A stretch of DNA of 32,000 nucleotides, from positions 1,886,942-1,918,941 of the forward strand of contig NZ_JAKKUT010000002.1 in the NCBI RefSeq assembly GCF_029582805.1, written 5' to 3'. A program made the translations under genes and the position numbers. Positions 17,633-24,976 of this stretch are shown piece by piece. The notes under the pieces were generated by a model. That model had not been told where the DNA came from, did not search any database, and saw only the letters and a list, made by a program, of their open reading frames with translations. The stretch is from Candidatus Synechococcus calcipolaris G9. Lineage in GTDB: Bacteria; Cyanobacteriota; Cyanobacteriia; Thermosynechococcales; Thermosynechococcaceae. Positions within the stretch are counted from its first letter, which is position 1. Every line of letters begins with the position of its first letter.

Positions 17633-18694
17633 ATGGTGGCCACCGCGATCGCAACATCCACAATCCTGCAAGTAGAGCAGGTTAGTAAAGCCTTTGGTGA
17701 TTTCCAAGCCCTGACGTCCGTTAGTCTAGACCTCCAGCGAGGTGAAATTCTTGGATTACTGGGCCCCTCCGGCTGTGGCAAAACTACCCTTTTACGCTTG
17801 ATTGCGGGTTTAGAGCGGCCCGATAGTGGCAGGATGATCATGGGCGATCGCATTATCTCAGATACCCATACCTATATTCCGCCGGAACACCGCCGTTTAG
17901 GGATGGTCTTTCAGGATTTTGCCCTCTTCCCCCATTTAACCATTGCCCAAAATATCGCTTTTGGCTTGCAGCAACAACGACTGAAGCCCTCAATTATTCG
18001 GGAGCAGGTGGCAGCGGTCTTGGGGTTGGTGCGTCTTCAGGGATTGGAGAAGCGTTATCCCCATGAACTATCGGGGGGGCAGCAACAGCGGGTGGCCCTG
18101 GCCCGGGCCCTAGCTCCCCAACCGGATTTAATTTTATTAGATGAACCCCTCAGTAATTTAGATGCCCAAGTACGGCTGGAATTGCGGGAAGAGTTGCGGG
18201 CAATTTTGAAACGGGCCGGAATCACCACCATTTTTGTTACCCATGATCAAGAAGAAGCCCTGAGTATGTCCGATCGCCTTGCGGTCATGCGCCAAGGGAA
18301 GGTGGAGCAGTTGGGAACCCCGGAGGATATCTATCGCTATCCGGCATCCCGCTTTGTGGCGGGGTTTGTTAGTCAGGCTAATTTTATCCCTGCCGCCGTT
18401 GAGGGCGATCTCCTTCAAACGGATGTGGGGGCGTTTTGCCTATTAACAGAAGCACCGGGTCAGCGGGGGGAAGTAATGATTCGGGAAGAGGATATGGTCT
18501 TGGAAGCCAATGAGGAGACGGGCCTGATCATTGCCGATCGCCAATTTTTGGGCCGGGAATATCGCTATTGTCTAGCCACACCCTCTGGCCAAGAACTCCA
18601 TGCCCGTTTACCCGTTGAATTTTCGTTTCCGGTGGGTACATCCGTGCAAATTTCGGCGGCGGCGGATGCGGTGCGCTTTTTTCCCGTAGATTAG
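17633..18694 (+). CDS. ABC transporter ATP-binding protein (FutC/PotA-type importer ATPase)
   Basis: 353 aa with Walker A GPSGCGKTT, Q-loop, signature LSGGQQQRVALARAL, Walker B LILLDEPLSNLD, H-loop VTHDQEEA and a C-terminal TOBE-like regulatory domain. No permease or binding-protein gene is adjacent. Confidence 0.88.
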   Translation: MVATAIATSTILQVEQVSKAFGDFQALTSVSLDLQRGEILGLLGPSGCGKTTLLRLIAGLERPDSGRMIMGDRIISDTHTYIPPEHRRLGMVFQDFALFPHLTIAQNIAFGLQQQRLKPSIIREQVAAVLGLVRLQGLEKRYPHELSGGQQQRVALARALAPQPDLILLDEPLSNLDAQVRLELREELRAILKRAGITTIFVTHDQEEALSMSDRLAVMRQGKVEQLGTPEDIYRYPASRFVAGFVSQANFIPAAVEGDLLQTDVGAFCLLTEAPGQRGEVMIREEDMVLEANEETGLIIADRQFLGREYRYCLATPSGQELHARLPVEFSFPVGTSVQISAAADAVRFFPVD

Positions 18695-18708
18695 ATTAAC
18701 TTACCCAA

Positions 18709-19368
18709 ATGGTTGCCAAAGCCAACGTTCACCCTGCTGATGCGGCCAGAGCCAAGCTGATGGGCCAACACCTGCAAGATCGCCTTGGGGACGTAGGGAT
18801 TCACTATCGTACCCAACTTCAGCAGCGGGGGTTTAGTCGTCGTCAGGTACAGCGGATCTATCAGGGGGAAATAGAGTCCCTTCGCCTAGAGACCCTCACC
18901 GCCCTAGCCAAGCTCTTTGATCTATCGGCTTGGCAACTCTTGCAGGAACTTGAAGCCGTTGCTATCTCCACCAACCCCCAGGGGCGATCGCCCCACTTGG
19001 ACGTAGAACCATCCTCAGAAACTTTCCTACGGCAAACCATCCAACGCCAAGCCCTAGAGACCCTAGAATCATTTTTGCGCTTTTGGCCCACCGCCGCCTA
19101 TGCCGCCCAACAAAATCCAACGGCTCCAGCGGTAAAACTCTTACCTCTGATAAAACCCGTGATGACGCTGCTATCGGATTGGGATGTGAGGGCGATCGCC
19201 GAGGTGGGGGCTTGGGTCAACTTTGATCCAACACTGCACCAAAGTGGAGTCCCCGATCTTCCCCCAGGTACAACAGTGCGAGTTACCCATCAGGGCTATG
19301 TGTGGGGAAATCCACCCCGATTACTGTTTCGGGCCCAAGTGGTGCCTGGGCAAAACAATAGTCCCTAA
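18709..19368 (+). CDS. Hypothetical protein with a putative N-terminal HTH and a GrpE-like C-terminal segment
   Basis: 219-aa ORF containing a HIP1 site. [38 protein letters not shown] resembles an XRE-type HTH. The C-terminal [23 protein letters not shown] resembles the GrpE beta-domain signature. The assignment is weak. Confidence 0.4.
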   Translation: MVAKANVHPADAARAKLMGQHLQDRLGDVGIHYRTQLQQRGFSRRQVQRIYQGEIESLRLETLTALAKLFDLSAWQLLQELEAVAISTNPQGRSPHLDVEPSSETFLRQTIQRQALETLESFLRFWPTAAYAAQQNPTAPAVKLLPLIKPVMTLLSDWDVRAIAEVGAWVNFDPTLHQSGVPDLPPGTTVRVTHQGYVWGNPPRLLFRAQVVPGQNNSP

Positions 19369-19606
19369 CAATTTCTCCCCCTAGGAGATGCTCTTGCAGG
19401 ATCCGTTCAATGACCTGGGGTGTTGCCGAATGATACCAAACCCGATCCGGATAAATCAGTAGGATGGGCCCCCGTTGACACACCCGTAAGCAATTCGCCT
19501 TTGTACGATACATACAGAAGGCAGGTTCTGCCTGGGGACGATCTAGACCTAGCTCCCGCAGACGCTTTTTAGATAGTTCCAAGACTCCAAGTCCACTGCC
19601 AATCAT
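19283..19606 (-). CDS. Thioredoxin-like [2Fe-2S] ferredoxin domain protein, apparently lacking the N-terminal cysteine pair (possible 5'-truncated fragment)
   Basis: 107 aa. [46 protein letters not shown] matches the C-terminal half of Trx-like ferredoxins (CxxxCxxGP...YPdgvWY...HL..G). The upstream C-X12-C half is missing from this ORF. Confidence 0.55.
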   Translation of the reverse strand: MIGSGLGVLELSKKRLRELGLDRPQAEPAFCMYRTKANCLRVCQRGPILLIYPDRVWYHSATPQVIERILQEHLLGGEIVRDYCFAQAPLGPETVIGVDFPTHSPDG

Positions 19607-19646
19607 TTTAGGAGGGGACGGTCATGGGGGCAAAAAATCCCTATAA
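19595..19646. repeat. Left copy of an imperfect direct repeat of about 50 bp flanking the protease gene
   Basis: ACTGCCAATCATTTTAGGAGGGGACGGTCATGGGGGCAAAAAATCCCTATAA aligns with 20667-20715. By hand alignment 42 of 49 positions are identical, with one 3-nt indel. Confidence 0.7.
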
Positions 19647-19672
19647 TTCATTATTAGAGCGCAGTGCAAGCT

Positions 19673-20494
19673 ATGGCGATCATCCAGTCTAAAAAAGAGA
19701 TCGTGTGCGATCCTGTGAATGAATGTGCTGAGAAGATTGGTAAGCAATACCTACCATGTGTAAGGCCGATCTATGGGAGCACAATCACAGGCGTTCCCCA
19801 GCTAATTGGAACTTGCTTTCTCATGCGGTGGAAAAATACGTCTTTTCTTGTCACCGCGGCGCACGTCATTGATGAGAATGAGTCGTCAACGCTGTATGTA
19901 GGAGTTCGCGACACGCTTGTTGAAATCGTCGGTGATTTCCACGCCACTAACAAGCCCATGGCGCAGCGAAGTAACGACCGTTACGATTTTGCCTTTCTAA
20001 AGGTGACGAAACAATTTCATGCAACATTAGGAGATGTTTCATACATTGAATGTAATGCAATTTCTCAGAAGCAGGTAGATTCTCATGGTCGTGTGTATAT
20101 GGCAATGGGCTACCCTGCTTCGCAAAACAAGAAGGTTAATGTAGTAGAGAAATCTCTAAAGCCCAAGATTTGGAAATATTGGTCTACGGCAGCTTCCATG
20201 ACCAATCTAGCACAGGAGCTTGACGTCAGCGGCTCGGATCACGTGTTCATTACATACAACCACAAGCAATCTCGCAATTTCGAGGGAAGCATAATTAACT
20301 CCATAAAGCCGCATGGAGCTAGTGGTGGTGTGCTCATCGACCTTGGAATGCTGGGACTAAAGAATTTGGCACCCGATTTCGAGTGCGCCGGACTTGTTGC
20401 AGGTGTGCTTATTGAGGAGCATAAAAACCATAACGCTATCGTTGCGGTGAAAATTGGGCCTGTCCTTGATGCTATGGAGAAACATGCGCTCTAA
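19673..20494 (+). CDS. Trypsin-like (S1/Trypsin_2-type) serine peptidase, orphan
   Basis: The ORF track gives 19664..20494 with a GTG start; an ATG lies at 19673. Catalytic-triad contexts are visible: FLVTAAHVI (His), RYDFAFLKV (Asp) and KPHGASGGVLID (Ser). The gene is AT-richer than its neighbours and contains no HIP1 site. Confidence 0.7.
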   Translation: MAIIQSKKEIVCDPVNECAEKIGKQYLPCVRPIYGSTITGVPQLIGTCFLMRWKNTSFLVTAAHVIDENESSTLYVGVRDTLVEIVGDFHATNKPMAQRSNDRYDFAFLKVTKQFHATLGDVSYIECNAISQKQVDSHGRVYMAMGYPASQNKKVNVVEKSLKPKIWKYWSTAASMTNLAQELDVSGSDHVFITYNHKQSRNFEGSIINSIKPHGASGGVLIDLGMLGLKNLAPDFECAGLVAGVLIEEHKNHNAIVAVKIGPVLDAMEKHAL

Positions 20495-20666
20495 CAATCG
20501 CATCGGGCTGAAGTATTTGTTATCAATCCGCTGGGGATGATGCCTGATGTTAGACCCTACCAGTGAGTTCTAGTTTTTCGTTCATCTCATATCTGGGTTG
20601 GTCGTTGGGGAATAAGACATGGAGTTTCTCAGAGAACGATTTCTCTCCTATCCTTACATTTTTAGG

Positions 20667-20715
20667 ACTACCCATTTTGGAAGGGGACAGTCAGAGGGGC
20701 AAAAAATCCGTATAA
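20667..20715. repeat. Right copy of the imperfect direct repeat of about 50 bp
   Basis: ACTACCCATTTTGGAAGGGGACAGTCAGAGGGGCAAAAAATCCGTATAA; see the left copy at 19595-19646. Confidence 0.7.
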
Positions 20716-20882
20716 AACGCCAATAAGACACCAATATAAGAAAAATTATACAGAAAATTTCCGTATAATATCTTCATGGGGATCATTATATTCATGATGA
20801 AAAAATCCGTGGGATTACGGAACTGCAAACCCTAAGGATGTTCTAGGGTAAGAATATGCTGATTAATGGAAATACAAATTTA

Positions 20883-20945
20883 TTGTGAACATTTGTAGCG
20901 GGGCAGGAATTTGTCGTCTATGGTATGACAGTGGACTACAACCAT
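20883..20945 (-). pseudogene. Candidate detached 5' fragment (21 codons) of the Trx-like ferredoxin gene
   Basis: Own translation from the ATG at 20945 gives MVVVHCHTIDDKFLPRYKCSQ then a stop. It contains the C-X12-C spacing expected for the first two cluster ligands and ends in KCSQ. The 19606 fragment begins (M)IGSG, which together resembles the C-A-Q-R-G-S region of Trx-like ferredoxins. It is divergent from the V4R gene, with 15 nt between the two start codons. Confidence 0.35.
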
Positions 20946-20960
20946 GGGTGAGAATTTGAC

Positions 20961-21650
20961 ATGACATCGACCCTTCCAAAGCGACCGCACCATCTCCAGG
21001 CAGCCCACCCCCAGCGGCGGCATCACTTTAGCCTCAAGGACTTTTTTGAGTACGACTCTAGCCTGGGTAGCATTACCGACTGGCATCAATCTCGTCAGGT
21101 ATTGGTCACGGAAGATTTTGTGATTGGACTTGTTCAGGGCCTCGAAGAAGAAGTGGGTTCTGCCTCCGGCTTAGTGATGTACAAAGTTGGGGAGGTGTGG
21201 GGACAAAAGGATGCCCAGGTTTTCCAAAAACATTTTGAACAGGAGTACGAACGAGAACTCCGCCGCACGGCCCTAACGTTCCTCCTAGAAGCCTGGTGGT
21301 GGCCCTTTGTCAGTGAAGGTTGGGGCAACTGGGAAGTGGATCTGACCGAGCAACGAAATGGTTTTATGTTCATTAATATTTTTGATTCCGTCGTGGCCCG
21401 TACCCTAGGGGATGTGGGCAAGCCGGTATGTTATCTCTATGCAGGTTTGTTTGCCGGATTTTTTACGGAACTCATTCAAAAGCCCCTAGGTTGTATTGAA
21501 ATCCAATGTTATGCCATGGGTGAAACCTATTGCAAATTTTTAGTGGGGAAACAGGATCGGATTGATGCCGCTACCTTTTGGCAAAACGAAGGGGCGACCA
21601 CCCGAGATATTGAAAAACGCCTGCGTCAAGGAGAATTAATTAAAAAGTGA
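20961..21650 (+). CDS. V4R (4-vinyl reductase) domain protein
   Basis: 229 aa with FSLKDFFEYDSSLGSITDW...VLVTEDFVIGLVQGLEEEVG. The C-terminal CYLYAGLFAGFFTELIQKPLGCIEIQCYAMGETYCKF is the Cys-rich V4R signature. Confidence 0.8.
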   Translation: MTSTLPKRPHHLQAAHPQRRHHFSLKDFFEYDSSLGSITDWHQSRQVLVTEDFVIGLVQGLEEEVGSASGLVMYKVGEVWGQKDAQVFQKHFEQEYERELRRTALTFLLEAWWWPFVSEGWGNWEVDLTEQRNGFMFINIFDSVVARTLGDVGKPVCYLYAGLFAGFFTELIQKPLGCIEIQCYAMGETYCKFLVGKQDRIDAATFWQNEGATTRDIEKRLRQGELIKK

Positions 21651-21778
21651 TGATCGTCCTTCCTGCAACTTGAGATGTCCTATAAGTTGAGGTGATTATC
21701 AGCCATTGACCCCACTATTCCCCAAACTTTTCTCTGTTGAGTTATGTCATCTGGTTCTTTTTAGGAGTTAAAAAACAT

Positions 21779-22252
21779 ATGTTAAAACAACTGAATCGTT
21801 TAGCCCTCGATGCCGATGGCCGCTATGCCACGGCCAGTGAGCTTGCTTTTCTTAAGGACTACTTGGCCACCATTGAACCGCGCATCAGTGCATACCAGAA
21901 GATCCGCGAAGAAGGTGAGATTATGGCGGATAAAATTCAAGCCCGTCAGAAAGCCCAAAATGTGAATTGCTTTACCTTCAATAACCAGGATCAATCCTCC
22001 ATTTGCCGTCGGGATTTGGTGAATGCCATTCGTTTGAGTGCAACTGCCGTTCTTTTTGGTGAACTGGATCTATTGCGGGATAATTTTCTGCTGTGGTATC
22101 GCACCATTGTCAAGGCTTTTAACTATGAAAATATGGCCCGCTCCACCTACGGAAAGATTTTGCCCGAATTGATGAAGGCCCTGCTTGATCCCGCAGAAAA
22201 TAAAGTGACTCAGCCCGTTCTCCAACTTAATGCGTCTATCCTATCGGATTAG
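21779..22252 (+). CDS. Phycobiliprotein-like (phycobilisome protein family) globin-fold protein, paralog 1
   Basis: MLKQLNRLALDADGRYATASELAFLKDYL...SICRRDLVNAIRLSATAVLFGELDLLRDNFL. The CxRD...lR...l.G(D/E) pattern corresponds to the Cys84 bilin-attachment region. The ATG at 21779 is preceded by TAGGAG; the ORF-track start at 21737 is less likely. Confidence 0.75.
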   Translation: MLKQLNRLALDADGRYATASELAFLKDYLATIEPRISAYQKIREEGEIMADKIQARQKAQNVNCFTFNNQDQSSICRRDLVNAIRLSATAVLFGELDLLRDNFLLWYRTIVKAFNYENMARSTYGKILPELMKALLDPAENKVTQPVLQLNASILSD

Positions 22253-22316
22253 TAGCTGATTGGTTAAGATGGGATCATGCACAGATTCCATTCAGGACTG
22301 GGAAAATCATTTTCTT

Positions 22317-22787
22317 ATGTTGAATCAGTTAAATCGTCTCGCAATTGAAACCGATGGTCGGTATGCCAGTGTATCGGAACTAAAGTTCGTCAAAGATTAC
22401 CTGGCATCCATCGACCTACGGATTAGTGCCTATGAAAAAATCCGCGATGCTGAGGATCAAATCGTTGATCACATTGAAACTCAGTTAAAGTCCCATAACC
22501 CCAAGTTTTTTCAAAAGGGTAAACAGGACTACAGTGATATTTGTCGCCGCGATCGCAAAAGTGTATTGCGTTTATCTACAACGGCCATGCTGTTTGCGGA
22601 TCTCGATTCCCTGCGGGATGGCTTTTTACTCTGGTATCGCACGATTATTAAAGCTTTTAAGGATGAAAAAGCAGCCCAAGTGACCTATAAACTCCTCCCT
22701 GCTGTTGTCACCAAAGTATTAACCCCAGAGGAAAATAAGTTGATAGAGCCGACATTAGAACTCAGTCGCTCCATTCTTGGGGAATAA
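22317..22787 (+). CDS. Phycobiliprotein-like (phycobilisome protein family) globin-fold protein, paralog 2
   Basis: MLNQLNRLAIETDGRYASVSELKFVKDYL...DICRRDRKSVLRLSTTAMLFADLDSLRDGFL. The start was chosen by alignment with paralog 1. The ORF is open from 22260, so the start is uncertain. Confidence 0.7.
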   Translation: MLNQLNRLAIETDGRYASVSELKFVKDYLASIDLRISAYEKIRDAEDQIVDHIETQLKSHNPKFFQKGKQDYSDICRRDRKSVLRLSTTAMLFADLDSLRDGFLLWYRTIIKAFKDEKAAQVTYKLLPAVVTKVLTPEENKLIEPTLELSRSILGE

Positions 22788-22820
22788 TAGGCAAAGAACC
22801 TCTGACTGAGGGAGTTATCA

Positions 22821-23270
22821 ATGCAGACCCAGGCTGAATCTATCGCACTCTATGACACCGACTTCTATGGGTGGATCCAGGAGCAGGGGGCACTCCTCCG
22901 CTCAGGGAAATTTGACCAACTCGACCTTCAGCATCTCATTGAGGAAATTGACTCTTTGGGCAGACAGGAGCAGCGGGAACTTCGGAATCGCCTGGGCATT
23001 TTGCTCGGTCATCTGCTGAAATGGCACTATCAACCCAAGGGTCGCAGCAAAAGTTGGCGGGCCACTATAGGAGAGCAGCGACGACGGATTTTAGAACATC
23101 TTAGCGAAAACCCAAGTCTGAAACCTTATCTAGCTACGGCGATCGCCAAAGCCTATGGGGATGGACTTGATTTGGTTGACCGAGAAACACCCCTGAACCC
23201 CCAAGAGCTACCTCGAACCTGTCCATTTTCCCAGGCTCAAATCTTTGAGGAATCGATAGAATGGCCCTAG
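22821..23270 (+). CDS. DUF29-domain protein, tandem copy 1
   Basis: 149 aa. LYDTDFYGWIQEQGALLRSGKFDQLDLQHLIEEIDSLGRQEQRELRNRLGILLGHLLKWHYQP is the canonical DUF29 N-terminus. Confidence 0.85.
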   Translation: MQTQAESIALYDTDFYGWIQEQGALLRSGKFDQLDLQHLIEEIDSLGRQEQRELRNRLGILLGHLLKWHYQPKGRSKSWRATIGEQRRRILEHLSENPSLKPYLATAIAKAYGDGLDLVDRETPLNPQELPRTCPFSQAQIFEESIEWP

Positions 23271-23310
23271 TGTTCGGCTAAATTGAATTTCCAGGAGTAA
23301 GGAGTCTTGA

Positions 23311-23754
23311 ATGCAAACCCAGGCTGAATTGACTACGCTCTATAACACCGACTTCTATGGGTGGATCCAGGAGCAGGGGGCACTTCTCCGCGCCAGGAAA
23401 TTTGATCAACTCGACCTTGCCCATCTCATTGAGGAAATTGAGTCTTTGGGTAGACAGGAGCAGCGGGAACTTCGGAATCGCCTGGGCATTTTGCTCGGTC
23501 ATCTGCTGAAATGGCACTATCAACCCAAGGGTCGCTCCAAGAGTTGGCGGGCCACCATACGGGAGCAGCGACAGGAGATTCGCCGTCATCTCAAAGAGAA
23601 TCCCAGTTTGAAACCCTATCTAGAGGAAGCAATCACGATTGGATACGAGAAGGGACTTCATCTAGTGGATCGGGAAACGCCCCTGGATCCCCAAGAGTTA
23701 CCCCCATCCTGTCCATTTTCTCAGATTCAAATCTTTGAGGAGCCGATAGATTGA
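23311..23754 (+). CDS. DUF29-domain protein, tandem copy 2
   Basis: 147 aa, a close paralog of copy 1. The two share an 84-nt run of perfect identity (22962-23045 and 23452-23535). Confidence 0.85.
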   Translation: MQTQAELTTLYNTDFYGWIQEQGALLRARKFDQLDLAHLIEEIESLGRQEQRELRNRLGILLGHLLKWHYQPKGRSKSWRATIREQRQEIRRHLKENPSLKPYLEEAITIGYEKGLHLVDRETPLDPQELPPSCPFSQIQIFEEPID

Positions 23755-23805
23755 CTTGGACTGATCTAGCTGTGGTTATATACAATCTGGTTATATAGAA
23801 ATATC

Positions 23806-23845
23806 CGCAAGAAAAAGAAAATCCCTTCTAGGTTAAATAGAAGGG
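23806..23845 (-). terminator. Rho-independent terminator candidate for the DUF4278 gene
   Basis: The minus strand reads CCCTTCTA-TTTAACC-TAGAAGGG, an 8-bp perfect stem at 23823-23830 and 23838-23845. It is followed by ATTTTCTTTTTCTT and lies about 80 nt downstream of the stop at 23927. Confidence 0.5.
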
Positions 23846-23926
23846 AAAATCCTTTCCTGCAAGGGCCATCAACGGCGATCGCCCCTGGGGAATTGGGTCA
23901 TTCAAACCAATATTGAACAGATTGCG

Positions 23927-24385
23927 TTAGCTCATTGTGGCATGACTGCGATCGTAGCTGATCCGAAAGCCAGGATTGATCTTGCCCTGAATCTGATTCC
24001 AGTAATGGGATGCATCCACGGGGACACCCATTTCATTCACCAAACGAGTTAAAAGAGATTGCTCCCGATTTTTGATCATCTGATGATGGGCCATCATTAG
24101 GGAACGACTCATTGCCGTAACGTTAGGTTGAGTTGCCGGCATATCCACGGGGGATTCTGTCACGGAGGAGACGGCCGCCACTGGACGCACTGGAGCCGTG
24201 GCCTCACCGGTATGATATTCTACACCGCGATAGGTGAGATCCTTTTCCGGTTGAGCCGGAGGGTTCACAACTTTAGTGCAACGGTATTCCCAGCCCCGAT
24301 ATTTGGCAACGACATCCGTCGCCTGGGTGGTTAAGGCCGGGGGAATGTAGTCGTAGTGTGTGCCGCGATAGGTAAGTTTCATCAT
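23927..24385 (-). CDS. DUF4278-domain protein
   Basis: 152 aa. The N-terminal MKLTYRGTHYDY with the repeated YRG motifs (KYRGWEY, LTYRGVEY) is characteristic of DUF4278. Confidence 0.65.
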   Translation of the reverse strand: MMKLTYRGTHYDYIPPALTTQATDVVAKYRGWEYRCTKVVNPPAQPEKDLTYRGVEYHTGEATAPVRPVAAVSSVTESPVDMPATQPNVTAMSRSLMMAHHQMIKNREQSLLTRLVNEMGVPVDASHYWNQIQGKINPGFRISYDRSHATMS

Positions 24386-24785
24386 GATATTCGCCCCAAA
24401 AGATAGGTGGTTGAGGGATCTTGTGATCCCAATGAGGCGCGTTCCTTCGGGATAGCCCTACTTCCGTCTTCCCTAAATCACTGACCCTTAAATTTCCCAG
24501 GTTAAGAAGAAATTTAGCTTTTGGTACTTGAACAGGAAGATGAACGATTCGTTTCTGTATCTAATTTAACAGTTTTCTAATTATGAGAGGGCAAAGACAC
24601 GAAAGTTTATTTTATTTGCACATATGTTAGTATTTCATTACTTTTGCAGTCACCGAAGAGGCAGGGTTCATCGTTTGGAGATGGATAGATAGCCTAGCGG
24701 TCAGGAAGCCGTTCTCCTAGAGATTGCAGTTCTGCGTTGGTTTCGTTATGATCACCCCTGGAATAGCCACAGGATATTTTTAGCC

Positions 24786-24950
24786 ATGACCGAACCCACC
24801 CGTACCCCCAATTTAGAAAATCCCAAGTTTGGTTTTAATAGTTTTGCCGAACGCTTGAATGGTCGGGCGGCAATGGTGGGCCTTGTCACCTTACTGCTTT
24901 GGGAGTACTTCACCGGAGAAGGTCTGCTCCATTGGCTGGGCCTGTTTTAG
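24786..24950 (+). CDS. High-light-inducible protein (HLIP/Scp, CAB/ELIP/HLIP family)
   Basis: This 54-aa ORF is not in the supplied track because it is under 60 aa. Own translation: MTEPTRTPNLENPKFGFNSFAERLNGRAAMVGLVTLLLWEYFTGEGLLHWLGLF. It has the signature FxxxAExxNGRxAMxGf followed by a single TM helix. Confidence 0.85.
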   Translation: MTEPTRTPNLENPKFGFNSFAERLNGRAAMVGLVTLLLWEYFTGEGLLHWLGLF

Positions 24951-24976
24951 GGTGTCTATTTTAGACTCTACAATTT

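Noticed and set aside
20880-21089. 69-aa minus-strand ORF as a whole
   Set aside because: Its 5' two-thirds is antisense to the V4R gene and looks spurious. Only its last 21 codons (20883-20945) are retained, as a possible ferredoxin 5' fragment.
23278-23589. 103-aa minus-strand ORF overlapping the second DUF29 gene
   Set aside because: It is antisense to a canonical DUF29 coding sequence and shows no conservation logic.
24600-24660. HLR1 (RpaB) high-light regulatory direct repeat upstream of the HLIP gene (GTTTATTTTATTTGCACA)
   Set aside because: It matches only about 11 of 16 positions of the (G/T)TTACA(T/A)(T/A)-N2 repeat consensus in generally AT-rich DNA, which is not distinguishable from chance by eye.
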